From the IMG/VR virus record IMGVR_UViG_3300035667_000058, positions 2,111-66,110 of that record: a DNA stretch of 64,000 bases; one strand, written 5' to 3'. Under the pieces are notes generated by a model, which was not told the origin of the DNA, did not search any database, and saw nothing but the letters and a program-made list of their open reading frames with translations. The translations under genes and the position numbers were made by a program. This DNA comes from a virus (Duplodnaviria; Caudoviricetes). Shown here piece after piece: positions 49,837 through 62,032 of the stretch (its first letter is position 1; each line of letters starts with the position of its first letter).

Positions 49837-51003
49837 GTGACCCTGAACTACGCCGACCCCGTAACCGGGACCAACGTCCCGCTCCGATCGCGCACACTCG
49901 CGGGTGAACAGGTGCCAGGTCATGACGTGCTGGCACTGCCGGGCACGGTCGAAACCGACATCACCGCGACCAAGACCGCGACGCAATCGATCGTTACGGC
50001 GCTTGGGTCTTTCCTTTCCACGCTCGCAGGAGCGGTGACCGCGAACCGCGTCGCAGTGGACCTCGCGACCACCCCGACAGCGAACCTCGCAACACTCGCC
50101 ACTGCACCGGGCAAGCTGGACACCATCATCACGGCGCTCGGCGGCTACCTGTCTACGCTTGCGGGTGCAGTCACGGGGTCGCGCGTCGCGGTCGATCTAC
50201 CTGCGACTCCGACCGCGAACCTCGCAACGATCGCGACCGGCCCGGCCAAGCTCGATACGATCATCACCGCCCTTGGATCGTACCTTTCTACGATTGCCGG
50301 TGCGATCGTCGCCGGCCGCGTTGCAGTGGACCTCGCGACCACCCCGACCGCGAACCTCGCGAGCATCGCGGCCGACAGCGCGACCACCAACACCAAGCTC
50401 GACGCACTGCATGCCGACCTTGCGCTCGTGCCGGTCAGTCTACCTGCGACTCCGACCGCGAACCTCGCAACGATCGCGACCGGCCCGGCCAAGCTCGATA
50501 CGATCATCACCGCCCTTGGATCGTACCTGTCCACGCTCGCAGGCGCGGTCACGGCCGCTCGCGTCGCGGTGGACCTCGCGACCACCCCGACCGCGAACCT
50601 CGCAACACTCGCGGGCGCGATCACTGCTGCGCGGATGGCGGTCAACGTCGACAGTGTTACCACCGGCAAGCTCGACACGCTGCATACCGACCTTGCGGCG
50701 CTTGCCACCAACCAAGGCGTCCCGAGTGGCGGCGCGATCATGGGCTACGTCGGCGGCATCAACACGACCACCGATACAGCATTCGCGAGCAAGACCACAG
50801 TGCGCGGCATCGTGATTACAAACCTCGACCTGGTCAACAACCTGCTGATCAAAAAGGCCGCAGCACCAACCAGCACCGACGTCGATACGGTCACGGTTTT
50901 GCCAGGCCGCAACTCGCCGTTTTTGCCATGTACTGACCCAAGCGTGTTCAAGCTGCGCAGCTCGTCGGGCAGCACGACAGCCGCTTGCTACGCGGGCGCG
51001 TGA
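49837..51003 (+). CDS. Thr/Ala-rich repeat fibre-like virion protein
   Basis: 45-aa repeats; exact 90-bp duplication 50196-50285 / 50439-50528. Confidence 0.65.
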   Translation: MTLNYADPVTGTNVPLRSRTLAGEQVPGHDVLALPGTVETDITATKTATQSIVTALGSFLSTLAGAVTANRVAVDLATTPTANLATLATAPGKLDTIITALGGYLSTLAGAVTGSRVAVDLPATPTANLATIATGPAKLDTIITALGSYLSTIAGAIVAGRVAVDLATTPTANLASIAADSATTNTKLDALHADLALVPVSLPATPTANLATIATGPAKLDTIITALGSYLSTLAGAVTAARVAVDLATTPTANLATLAGAITAARMAVNVDSVTTGKLDTLHTDLAALATNQGVPSGGAIMGYVGGINTTTDTAFASKTTVRGIVITNLDLVNNLLIKKAAAPTSTDVDTVTVLPGRNSPFLPCTDPSVFKLRSSSGSTTAACYAGA

Positions 51004-51004
51004 G

Positions 51005-52618
51005 ATGAGCGGGTTCGGTGATGCGCTGATGGTGCCTGCGCTGGAGCAGCACCATTCGCCGGCCGCCTGGGCGGCAGTGAACACACCCGGACTCGATGCG
51101 ATCAGCGCGACGCCACTCGCTGCGTTTTCCGCGACTCGCAGGCTGCGTACGGCGTACACGGGCCCGTGCATGCGCATTCGCCGCACGGACAACGCGGAAC
51201 TCGATGTTGGCTTTGGCGCTGACAACCTGCTCGATGCCGCTGCGATTGCGACGTTCTGCGCGGGGTCCACGGGCTACGTCAAGACCTGGTATGACCAAAG
51301 CGGCCACGGCAACGACGTCACGCAGTCAGTCACAACCAAGCAGCCCATTATCTATGCGTCGGGTGCGATCACTGTCAACAGTGCCGGAAAGGCCGCGTTC
51401 CACCTTGACGGCGTGGATGACTACATGGGCCGCGCCGACGCGCTCGGCCTGACGGGTAGCCCAGCGCTGACGGTCGGCTCGGTCATTCAAAGCGCGAGTG
51501 CTGATGCGTGGGGCTGGGGCTTCGGCGGCACCGCTGCCAACGCAAGCTGGGACTTCGAGCTGTACAAGGGCGGCTCGAACCTCGCCATCACGCAGACATC
51601 CGGCGGGTTCCGCAACTTCAACTGGGCTTGGCAAACCGGCGTCCACCAATACATCTGCGGCAAGGCTGCGGCTGCCACGTCTGGCAGCTGGACCTGTGAG
51701 CAGGACGGCATTGCTCTCAGCCAGCAAAGCGCGCACGGCGCGCCCAGTGCGTTGAACCTAGCGAACTCGGTCTTCAACATCGGCACCGGCGCAACGGTCG
51801 GCCAGAGCGGCGTATGGGGAGAGGAGTACACGAACTTCATAGTCGTCTATAACGCAGTGCTTGCGGGCGCGGACTCGGTCGCGCTTCGCAACGAGCAGGC
51901 GCAGCACTCAATCCCGGGACCAGGCGACCTTATTGCGATTGCCGATCAACGGTCGTGGTTCCGGGCGGACTCGGGGGTCACATCCGCGAGCAACCGCGTC
52001 AGCGCGTGGGCGGACGTGTTTGGCAACGGCAACCTGGCGCAGGCGACGGGCGGCTCGCAACCGCTGCTGGTGGCGGTATCCGTCGGAGGGCAGCCCGGCG
52101 TGTCCGACGACGACGGCAACCGGTTCATGAAGGCAACGCTCACGACGCCCGTAGCGATCGGGCAACGGGCCTATGTATGGATCATGCTGAAGGTTGCCTC
52201 GCTTGCCGCGACGGCACAGTACACAGGTGGACTCGGCGGGGTCGGATCCAACCGTGCGCTTATAGCCGTTGAGGCTGCCAATAAGTGGCGCAAGTTCGTG
52301 CAGAGTGGAACGGCCTCCGATACAGCGGCGAGCACCATCACGGCAGACACGACCACCTTCCACCTACTCGAAACAGGGATGACTACGGGCGGTTTTGCCG
52401 GTCTGGTCGTGAGCGGCGTTGCAGTGGACCTCGCGGCCGAGCCTGGGCCGATCCTCGCTAGCCAGAATGTGGCCACCATTTTTGCGAGCAGCGGGAGCGT
52501 CGGCGGCACCGGTATGTCTTCCTCCGTTGCCGAGATGATAATCATGGCTGCCGAGCCAGCACCCGCAGTGAAAACTGCCATGCGCGCATACTTCGCTGCT
52601 CGTTACGGTTCCATCTAA
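51005..52618 (+). CDS. Tandem ConA/LamG-like (arabinofuranosidase-fold) receptor-binding protein
   Basis: RRLRTAYTGPCMRIRR, WYDQSGHGND, second domain WFRAD..VSAWAD..GNG. Confidence 0.7.
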   Translation: MSGFGDALMVPALEQHHSPAAWAAVNTPGLDAISATPLAAFSATRRLRTAYTGPCMRIRRTDNAELDVGFGADNLLDAAAIATFCAGSTGYVKTWYDQSGHGNDVTQSVTTKQPIIYASGAITVNSAGKAAFHLDGVDDYMGRADALGLTGSPALTVGSVIQSASADAWGWGFGGTAANASWDFELYKGGSNLAITQTSGGFRNFNWAWQTGVHQYICGKAAAATSGSWTCEQDGIALSQQSAHGAPSALNLANSVFNIGTGATVGQSGVWGEEYTNFIVVYNAVLAGADSVALRNEQAQHSIPGPGDLIAIADQRSWFRADSGVTSASNRVSAWADVFGNGNLAQATGGSQPLLVAVSVGGQPGVSDDDGNRFMKATLTTPVAIGQRAYVWIMLKVASLAATAQYTGGLGGVGSNRALIAVEAANKWRKFVQSGTASDTAASTITADTTTFHLLETGMTTGGFAGLVVSGVAVDLAAEPGPILASQNVATIFASSGSVGGTGMSSSVAEMIIMAAEPAPAVKTAMRAYFAARYGSI

Positions 52619-52636
52619 ACGAAAGGTCACAGTCAC

Positions 52637-52972
52637 ATGAATTTCCTGGTTGTACCCAACGAAGACGCCGACAAGGTCAACGAAGCATTGGGCAGGCTGT
52701 ATGCCGCTTCGATGGACCCGCCTGCCGATTATCCGATCGTCGGCATCCTGTCAGACACCGGGCTGCCCGATCCCGATCCCGACCACACCACGCGGTACTA
52801 TCAACAGCCTCGCCCCGGCGTCAACGGCACGCAAACGGCGTTCTTCGCCGATGCGTTGGTGCAAACGTGGCTCGGCCAAACCGTGCAAACCGATCTTGGC
52901 GAGGTAACGTTGCCGAGCGAGGTGACGGTGCTCGCCAACAGCTGGTTCCCTCCCAATCCCGACGACGAATGA
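52637..52972 (+). CDS. Hypothetical protein, possible fibre chaperone
   Basis: 111-aa acidic ORF after the fibre gene. Confidence 0.5.
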   Translation: MNFLVVPNEDADKVNEALGRLYAASMDPPADYPIVGILSDTGLPDPDPDHTTRYYQQPRPGVNGTQTAFFADALVQTWLGQTVQTDLGEVTLPSEVTVLANSWFPPNPDDE

Positions 52973-53754
52973 CCCTGCAACTCGGCAGCCACGGTCCCGA
53001 TGTGCTCGCATGGCAAAGCGCGCTCTCGGGCCGTGGCTACGCAGTCGGCACGCCAGACGGCGACTTCGGCAAGGTCACCCACAATGCCACGTGCGCGTTT
53101 CAAACCTGCTCGGCGCTACCAACCACGGGCATCGTGGGCGCTGCCGAGCAGGCTGCGCTGCACGGCAGTTCGGCGCCGAGGCCTGCGCCGGTGCTCGGCT
53201 ACAGCATTCCGTTTGTGGCGTCGCGGTTTTTTGGGGCGGTGCGCGCCATCATCGATGACATCGTGCTGCATTCAATAGAGTGTCCGGAGGCCAGCACGCG
53301 CGCCGAAACGTGCGCGCAGTACATGGCAGACCTGCCTGTGGATGGTCCCAAGAAGTCAGCGCATTACTACTGCGACAGCGACACCGTTGTGCAGGGCGTG
53401 CCCGATCACCGCGTGGCCTACGCAGCGCCTGGCGCCAATGCCCATGGCCTGCACATCGAGCACGCGGGCTACGCGCGGCAGACGCGTGCGGAGTGGCTCG
53501 ATGATTTTTCGATCCGCATGCTGAGTCTTTCCGCGCAACTCTGCGCCCGCAAGTGCCGCGAGTACGATATCCCGATCAGGTTCTTGCGCAGCGCTGACTT
53601 GCGCAGTGCGCGCCCTCGCGGCATCACCACGCACTACGAAGTCAGCCAGGCGTTCCTGAAGTCCGACCACACCGACCCGGGCAAGGAGTTCCCCATCGAC
53701 TGGTACATCGCGCGCGTGCAGCTTGCGTACGATGTGGCGGGCGCGCGGGTATGA
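52969..53754 (+). CDS. Endolysin: peptidoglycan-binding domain plus Amidase_2
   Basis: LGSHGPDV..WQ..L..DGDFG..T..A..FQ; IVLHS, SAHY, IEH, HTDPG. Confidence 0.9.
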   Translation: MTLQLGSHGPDVLAWQSALSGRGYAVGTPDGDFGKVTHNATCAFQTCSALPTTGIVGAAEQAALHGSSAPRPAPVLGYSIPFVASRFFGAVRAIIDDIVLHSIECPEASTRAETCAQYMADLPVDGPKKSAHYYCDSDTVVQGVPDHRVAYAAPGANAHGLHIEHAGYARQTRAEWLDDFSIRMLSLSAQLCARKCREYDIPIRFLRSADLRSARPRGITTHYEVSQAFLKSDHTDPGKEFPIDWYIARVQLAYDVAGARV

Positions 53755-54284
53755 CCGAGCCGGGCCCGGCCAAGGCGCAAACGGTCGACTCGCTGGCCGC
53801 GCCGGTCATGGCGATCATGACCAACCGGCGCGTGGGCGGATGGCTATGGAGGGCGTTGCCGTGGCTGTTCTGCCTGGTGACCGGGTACGCAGGCGACATG
53901 CTCGGCGAGTACCGGACCCGGTACAGCCTCAAGGCCGAGATGCAGGCGTATCTCGATGTGCGCGCCGCGGACAAAACGCGTGACGCGCTGGCCACGCAGC
54001 GGCACGCCGACGAGATGGCTGCCCTCGCCGAACTCGATCGCAAGTTGCTCGATGAGTCGCAGAAGGCGCCCGGCCGCGTCATCGCGCTCGAGCGCGGGCA
54101 GTGGTTTACGTGGCGCGCGTTGGCCGAGCTGCGCGCCGCCGCGTATGCCGGGCAGACCGCCAAGCACACCGAGCTCATGGATCGGCTTGGGCAGAAGTTC
54201 GCGGTCATGTGGACGAAAGCCGCCGTGCAGCAAGAGCCCGGTGTGGCGTACGATTACGTATTCAGCCACGCGCACGTCGAGTGA
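53751..54284 (+). CDS. Membrane-anchored coiled-coil protein (lysis accessory?)
   Basis: One hydrophobic segment then coiled coil; follows the endolysin. Confidence 0.45.
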   Translation: MTEPGPAKAQTVDSLAAPVMAIMTNRRVGGWLWRALPWLFCLVTGYAGDMLGEYRTRYSLKAEMQAYLDVRAADKTRDALATQRHADEMAALAELDRKLLDESQKAPGRVIALERGQWFTWRALAELRAAAYAGQTAKHTELMDRLGQKFAVMWTKAAVQQEPGVAYDYVFSHAHVE

Positions 54285-54943
54285 AACGTCAACCCGGGAA
54301 CGCGCCGGCCGCATGCAGCTTCTCGTAGCACACGTCGCACAACGAACGAGACCGGCTCCCCGGGCGGGGGCAGGAGGCCAGCCGCCTTGGCTTCGGCGAT
54401 AGCTTCTTCATCGGTCCACCCCATCATGAACTCTTCGCGGCACGCGTCGCAGGTGAACGTCTGCACATACGTCACACGCACCGTTCCCGTGCTGGTCGAG
54501 AGCTTGTGGTCTGGCCGCGGATGGCGCGCGGCGACGGCAAGCGCGAACAGTCGCAAGCCCTGGCACGCGAGCGCACTTGCGAGTTCGTTCACGGCGCATC
54601 GGATGCGCGCATCGCCCGGGTCATCGGCGGGCATCAGAGATGCTGCCGAACGTCGATGCCCCATTGAATGGGCCGGATGCCTGCGTGCGTGCCGTAGGCC
54701 CCGCACTCGCACTTGTGCACAATCACACCGTCGATGGTGTGGCTTTCAAACGATGAGACGCTTATGTGCACGTGGTCGTCCGTTGGCTGCGCGGGCTCGT
54801 GTGGAAGGTTCGTCATCTTTGAAACCGCGCAGCGTCCGGAAACGGCGGATCGTTCGGACACGAACCTACCCAGCAGAGACCTTCAATGGGGCCGGACGAC
54901 TGCGCAGGGGCACAAGTACCGCACGATGCGGACCGGCGTCAAG

Positions 54944-55279
54944 TCACCGCCTGTTCGGTACGCGGGTCACCTTGACGTCAATCGTGAAGCGCTCGTGCGC
55001 CACCAGCGCGGTGGGGTCTAGCTTGATCGCGGGCATCGCCCGACCGTAGTAGAGTTCGTCGAGCGAGTAGCCCACCAACTGCGCGGCATCGGCGAAGCGC
55101 GAGAGCCCCGGGTCGGTCTTGCCGCCCTCCCACTGGTCGTAGCCGGTGTAGCTCATCTTGAGTGCCTCGGCCATTTGCGTGCGCTTCATGCCCTTGGCTA
55201 TCCGCGCAGCCCAAAGGCGTCGTCGCCATGTGGGCTCTGATAGCGGATCGGCGGGGTTGGGTTCATTGCGGGGCGGCAT
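54944..55279 (-). CDS. XRE HTH regulator
   Basis: ARIAKGMKRTQMAEAL..YDQWEGGKTDP..GYSLDEL. Confidence 0.8.
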   Translation of the reverse strand: MPPRNEPNPADPLSEPTWRRRLWAARIAKGMKRTQMAEALKMSYTGYDQWEGGKTDPGLSRFADAAQLVGYSLDELYYGRAMPAIKLDPTALVAHERFTIDVKVTRVPNRR

Positions 55280-55708
55280 CGTCCTCGGCGTGCATCATGG
55301 CCCCCGACCACAGCATCAACTCCATCACTGACGTCTTCGAGGGCAGGCGGTCGCGGTGCGTCGATATGAAGCACGCGACGAGCTCGTCGAGCGCTGCGTG
55401 GAGCTCGGCATGCCGCGCCGCGTGGCCGACGCACGGTGTGGACATCGAATTGATCAAGTCGCGTGCGCGAGTCATAGGTCAGCGAGCCTCGCGCACGCGC
55501 TCGCTGTCGGCAGGGTCGAGCGGCCATGTGTTGGCGATGGCGAGAAACAAGTCCATGTAGTGCCGGTCGCCATTGCTGTAGGCTGCGCTCACTACGATCA
55601 GCACGGTCGCGAGGTCACTCGCGATTGGGTCGGTCTTGCCGACGTCGAGCGCCTTCCCGGTCGCGCAGCCAAGTTCCCACATCAGCAGCGCTTTGGGAGA
55701 TGGCTCGT

Positions 55709-56182
55709 TCATGACATTGTGCCGATCACTTGCGTCATGGCGTCGGCGTACGAGCTTTGCAAGGTCATGACGAGGTGCACTGCGCGGGGAACGCCCACCG
55801 CGACCGCCAGCTCGAGCAGCTTTCGTTCAGCGTCCGTGAACGGCGTGCGCGGCGTGCGCGTGGTGAGCATGTCGCCGATGGCAGAGCGCGACAGGGCAGC
55901 GTCGGCGGTGGTGGGCACCCTCTTCTTTACAACGTAAGCCCGCGCGGGCTTGGGCTTGGCATTGACCGCGTGCCCGTTGCTCGCGTTGCTATTGGTGGGC
56001 ACCGCTGGCAATAGCCCGCGCTTGCGCGCGTGGCTGCGGCAGACCTGCACCGACTGGACGGTGGTGCTGATGCCGCGGGCCTTGGCGCGCGCCACCACCT
56101 CGCGAGCGGGCAGGCTTGCGGGCTGCGCGAGGATGAATGCCGACTTGGTGCCCGGCTTGGGCTTCGCTAATTTGGATTGCAT
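55709..56182 (-). CDS. Basic, putative DNA-binding protein of a myxobacterial type
   Basis: KSAFILAQPASLPAREVVARAKARGI...LLELAVAVGVPRA. Confidence 0.5.
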   Translation of the reverse strand: MQSKLAKPKPGTKSAFILAQPASLPAREVVARAKARGISTTVQSVQVCRSHARKRGLLPAVPTNSNASNGHAVNAKPKPARAYVVKKRVPTTADAALSRSAIGDMLTTRTPRTPFTDAERKLLELAVAVGVPRAVHLVMTLQSSYADAMTQVIGTMS

Positions 56183-59100
56183 GGTTCTTCGTCTCCTTCG
56201 GTGAACGTTTTGAGCCGCTCGATCTCGACTTCGAGTTGATCGGCGCACGCCTCGACTGTGTGCACTTTGGCGAGCAACTCTGCTTCGAGACGCCGCACCC
56301 TGCCAGCCGCTGCTATCAGCGTAAGCGCGTATGATCGCAGGTACAGGTACCCGAACACGGAGCCGACACAGAATCCCGCGAACGTGCACAGCAGCACGGA
56401 GCATACTGCCGACGTCATCGGCTGCGCTCCACGGGAGCCACGAAGCCAAATCCCCCGATCGGCTCGATGTCGACCGCGCCGATGATCGCGCCCTTGCTGA
56501 GTTCGCACAGCGCCGCGGTCTCGGCGTCCCAGGGGCCACTGTTTCCGCTGCGTTTGCAGTGGCCCAGGGCTTCATCCAGCGTGTAACGTTTCGCGACGAC
56601 GGACTCAAACGGCAGCGCGAGCAGTGCGTAGTAGGCGCGTCGCCCGTCCTCAAGAATCCCAGCTTGCCAGATCACCGGGGGCTGCGCGCCGTTCCGCTGC
56701 TCGACCCACGCATGAGCGAAGCGCTCTGCACGCAGCTCGCAGATTGCGTGCACGATGCGGTAGTCGCTGTGACACTCGCGCAGCGCGTGAGGCTCGATCA
56801 GCTCGAAAAAATCGACGGCGTCATCAAAGCAATGGTGTGTCGGCGCGATGGGCCCGCTGTGGTGTTTGGGCATGGGTCAGTTGAGTCCTTTGTCCGGCCG
56901 CCCGGCCGCCTTGAGCCGTTGCGCGGCACCGCGCACGCGTGCAATCCATCCGCTATCAGCAACATCGATGGCGTCATCGAGTAGCGCGAGCATGCCGCGC
57001 GCCCGGTCGGGATTCTGCGCAGCCATGGTGACGCGGCGTAGCCATCGCAGCCGCTCGCGGTCGACGCCGGCTTGGTACGCAATGCGCACGCCGATAGCAA
57101 CGCCGAGCAGCCACGGCAGCAGCGCCCAGAGCAAGAGCGTCCACGCGTGCACGGCGGTCATGCCAACCCCGGCTTGCGCAACCAAACCATCATCGGCGGT
57201 GGTCGTTCGGGCGCACGCGTATCGCTGCGTGCCTCGGCCGCCTCACGCAGCTCGGCCGCGCGGTGCCGTATCCACGGATCCATACGCGTGTCGAGCATCA
57301 TCACCAGGACCATCCGCTTTTCCTCGGTGCTCAGCGCATCGAAGTCTTGGTCCGTCATCACGCGCTGGGTCAGGTCTGCGTTGAATAGCAGCGGTTTGTA
57401 GCAGTGGGCGCAGACTGACCACATGCCAGGCGCAACGGGGGTGACCTCAAGTTCGCTCGGCAGCTCGTGGGGTTGCCCACAGCAAGGCGCCTTGCGCGTG
57501 CGGACGTTGGGCCAGTCACTGCATTCGACGTTGCCGTTCGGTGGCATAGGTGGCGGGGGGCCCTTGCGTTTGCGGCGTTTGGTCATCGCTCGGTCTCGTC
57601 ATCGCCGGATTTGGGCAGGTGCTGCGCGCCCGGCCCGTCCGGCAGGTGTTCGCTCGTCAGGTACCCGACCGCGCGCTCGGCAACGAGTTGCGCTACGCCC
57701 CGTGGCCTCGCAGCCGCCTTGGCCTCGCCGGCAGCTATCCACGCATCAACCTGCGCGCGCGAGCCCCACGAGAGCGGCGGCATCTCCCACTTGAGAAACT
57801 CGGCGAGGGCCATCAGCTGCGCGGCGCTGATGAAGTTCGCGCGCGTGCAGGCTTCGACAAAATCGTTTTCCAAGCAGGCGCGCAGGAAGCTACCCGTTGG
57901 AATGCCGTGCTCGATGTAGCGCGTCAAGCCTCCGGCGATGAGTTCTGGGATATCGTAGTCGACACTCGTGTTGACGTGGCCTTTCATGGTGCACCTCAAT
58001 CTTTTGTCTAGGCCCATCGGCGATCAGCTGTCCTGCTGTTCGCGCTCCCACAGGCCCATCCGCTGCAGACTGCCGCGGCACGCCGCCATCGCCATTGCCA
58101 GCAAGTTGTACGTGGTCCTGGCGAGCACCTTGCGCCCGTCGGGCAACTCGAACACAAACATCACCGCCGCACGCCCGAAGTCGCTGGTGGCTTCGGGCTG
58201 AAGTAGGCACGCCACCAAGGGCACGTTGAAAATGGGGTTGTCGAGTCCGTGCTCGACCAAATACGCGTCGGCCTCGTCGGGGTGCGTGATGAGGGTCATC
58301 ATCGCGCCAAGGGTCGGGTGTTGGTTGTCGGTCATGCTGGGCTTTCCTTTTCTCGTCGTACGTGATCACAGACCGTGAACAACAGCTTGACGCGCGGGCC
58401 AGTCTCGTCGCAGCCGATCGCCACGATCAGTGCGTCATCGGGCACGTCGCCGGGTACGTCCATGCCGAAGTAGCGCAGCGCGCCCACGTCGATCTCCCAA
58501 CCGTATAGCTGCATGTGCGCGGTCAGAACGCCCGCGACTACGGCGTGGTAGCTCCCCACAAGATCGGGATCGTCGGCCGGCGGCGTCAGCATGTATCCCT
58601 GTAGGAACTTCTTGGCCTTGGCTGCGACGCGCTTGAGATCGGCTTCGGCGATGCGGCTGGTCATGGGTCAGTTGCTCGGCTCGGGCTTGGCATCATCATC
58701 GTCATCGTCGTCGCCCCCGATCAGCACGATCTGCATGGTACCGAGCACGGCCGCGGGCACGTCGGCATCGTCAAGCTCACTCTCGAAGCGAGCCATGATT
58801 TCCGCAGGCGTGTCCTTGGCGACCCCGATCCGGGTAATCATGCAGATCACCTTTGCGCCACCATCGGACTCGCCCTCCCACACTCGCGCGGGCACAGTGC
58901 CCGTGGGCGTCCGGATCAGCACCACTTCGTCGGTGCTTTCGATGGTGATTTTCATAGGTCGCTCGGGTCGAGCTCCGCTTCGATGGCCCGGTCCATTACC
59001 GCCACCAACCCGCGCTTGTTTTCGGCGCGCAGCATGGCGCGCAGTTGCTTGAGGATCATCTCGGTCAGCGTCGCGAGTTGGTCGTCTTGGTACTCGGCGC

Positions 59101-59426
59101 CGTAGCCCGCGATTTCCTCGGCGGCGTTCAGGGCGATGAGCAAGGGTGCGCGGTTGATCATTTGGTCCGCCCTGCGTTGAATAGGGAAAGCTGTGCGACC
59201 ACATCGAGCAATTCGTCGGGGACGTCCGCTCGCTCGGCCGGCGTAGGCCAGCGCAGCCGTACGTGCGCGTCGAACACCAGGATGGCCGTGCACGCAAAGC
59301 AGATCACGTAGTCGCCCGCGGCGGGCGCGTTCGTTGCGTCGGACTCGGCATTGCTAGCCGCCTCGATCACCTTGCCGCAGTCGGGGCAGTTGTTGCGCGG
59401 GGTGTCGTGCATCCACGGTGGGTTGG

Positions 59427-59693
59427 TCATGCGGGCACCATGTCGCCGCCGAAGGCGGGCACGCGGTGCCCGCCCGGCGCGAGCTTGTAGAGCCTGCGCG
59501 CGATGCCGATGTGTGGCGGGGTGTAGTCCTCGGCGCGCGATACGACCACGCCGCGCGCTTCGAGGCGTTCGAGGTGCACGTAGATCGTGCCGCGGCTGAG
59601 GTGCCCGCCGGATGCTTTGACGATCTCTAGGCCGCCCATCTCGCGGCCGTGGGCGTCGAGAATCTCTACGATGAGCTCTTGCGCTGTGATCAT
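59427..59693 (-). CDS. PadR-like winged-helix regulator
   Basis: GLEI..GTIYVHLERLEARG..RRLYKL. Confidence 0.8.
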   Translation of the reverse strand: MITAQELIVEILDAHGREMGGLEIVKASGGHLSRGTIYVHLERLEARGVVVSRAEDYTPPHIGIARRLYKLAPGGHRVPAFGGDMVPA

Positions 59694-62032
59694 CCGACTG
59701 CCTCAAGTGCTTGGCGGGCGAGCAGCTCGCACTGCGCGCGCGCGTAATTCACGTCGCGGTACTCTGGCGGCGGGGGATGAACCATGTCGCCCGCGGTCAC
59801 GGCGATCGCTAACTCTGTCATTGCGAACACTTCAAGTTCCGGGTGCGCCACCGGCCGGACGTCCCAATAGTGGCTGCAGTCAAAGCCCACCAGCCAGCAC
59901 CCGCGGCGCAACCCCGATGTGGAAGCCTTGGCATAGGTGACGTTGCCGTGGACGCGGACGTGGCTCAGATCAAACCACTTGCGCCCGTGCCACGGGTGAC
60001 CAGGCGGCAGGCTGACGTAGCCGCACCACGCGCCGCATGCAGGGTTGCGCGTGAGCATGCACGGCAGTCCGCTGCTCACCCATAGCGCGCGGTCAGGTTC
60101 GTCCTGCCACGGGCCCGGGCCCCACGCGCGCTTGTCGACGCCTTCGGGGTCGGGGGGCGGATTGACCGGCTCATCGTCCACTGCTCAACCTCTCGTTGAA
60201 GTGCCGGCACGCGATTGCCCAGTGCCGTCGGTAGTCGCGGTCCGGCGTCAGTGCGCCGCGTATGACCTTGTCGACGCACGTGCCCATGAAGGCGATCGCC
60301 TGCCCGTCGGTGCACGGCCCGAGCTGCCCGAAGACTTCGGCGTCTGGGTACACCACAATGCTGGACGCAATGTCGGGGTCAGGCTCCGAGCCGGCCAGGA
60401 CCGAGCGGGACAAGAGTTCGTGCGTCGCGTTTGGGTACTGCAGCACCGGCCTTGGGAAGCCGACGAACTCACGCAGCGACACGAGTGTGAGCATCCAATC
60501 CCGATTGACGATGTGTAGGCCCGGCCAGCGCACGAGCCACGCATCGATACAGAACAGCGACGGCTTGACTGGGACGCGCCACACCGAGACCTCACCGCCG
60601 CTTTTGTCGGGCGCGCGCATCACACCGCCACCTCGGGCACGAGCACGTTGTCGCGGTAGACCCACCAGCGTATCGATGTGGGCGGGCTGAAAGCCGCATA
60701 CCATGACCCGTTGGCCCGCACCGGCTCGTAGTCTTCGCACAACGCGAGCCCGAGGCGCGACGGCTTGGGGGGCAGCTCGTCAGGCGGCACGAGCGTGCCA
60801 TAGCCGGCGGGCGTCGCCCCCGTGCGATCGTGACCCCACGCCCAATCTTGCTGAGCCAAGAACGGGCACAGCACGAGCGCTGCCAGCGCGCAGCGCTCGT
60901 GAACCGGCGTGCCGAACACAACGCCCTCCTCCAAGCACAGCGGGCCGACTTGAAAGAAGTACGGCGGGCCGCCAGACCACAGGCCGCAGATCGAGCAGAG
61001 CCCGAAGCGCACCGCCCGCTCGTGCTTGGCGACGTCGCGCACGCGGAACTGGTACCGCCCGTCCTTGTCGCGGTGCACAAACCACGGCACGAGCAGCGAG
61101 CCTTGGCGGGGCAGGTGCGCGAGGAATGAAGGCACGTCGGTCGTCATCAGTTGCTGTCCCATGGGTAGAAGTGAAAGCGCAGGTGCGGCATGCCCATGCA
61201 CACGCACTTGCGCAGCACTGCGTGATCGGGGATTTCGTAATCGGCGAGATGCGCAGCTAGGCCAATGCCTCGCAGGTGCTTGGCCGTGATCGTCTGGCCT
61301 GCACGCAGCCGGGCCTGCAGCTCGCCCAAGATAGCGCGCGCCATCATCACGAGCATGGGCGTGCTCGTGTCGCATGCCTCCATGCGGTCCCAAAGGCTCG
61401 GGTCGCCGTGGGCATCGACGCGATCGACGATGCCTTGGCGGATCGACCACGCGAGTTGGGCATCCGGATCTTCAGACACGGCCGGCCTCCACGGGCTCGA
61501 GCCAGTCGAGTTCGACAACGCTATTGAGCCACGAGTCGGGCCCATCGGGCGCGCCCGTCTGGTCCTGTCCCGCGTCCCACTTCACCTCGGCGAACGGGCC
61601 TTGGACGTTGGTGATGGTCCCTGTCCGCGCTGGCCGTTCGTGGTTGAGGTTCACGATGATGGCACCAGCAATTTCTCGCACGCGGTCGCCCGGCTTGAGC
61701 CGCGCGGCATCACTCACGGCCGGCCCCAAGTCGGCTCACCATGCGCTTCCACGCGTCCAGCATGCCCACCAGAACCTCGAACGGCACAGTTGCGGCGGGC
61801 TGGTCGAGCGACACGAACGGCTCGCCCATGCCGTTGGCGTATCCGTTGCCCTCGATGAGACCGTACGCCAGCGCCTCACGGTGCACGGGCCGGAATCGTC
61901 GCAAGTGGCGCTCTGACAACGGGGCCATGATGAGGAACCGGCTGGCGTCCCTGCGCCGGTCGAAGCTGACGCGGTGACCCTCGATCGTGTGCCACTCCAC
62001 GGCCCACACGCGTGACTCTTTACCGTCCCCCA

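Noticed and set aside
49837-52618. Diversity-generating retroelement (TR/VR) in the fibre region
   Set aside because: No reverse transcriptase seen; repeats are in-frame protein repeats without adenine-specific mismatches
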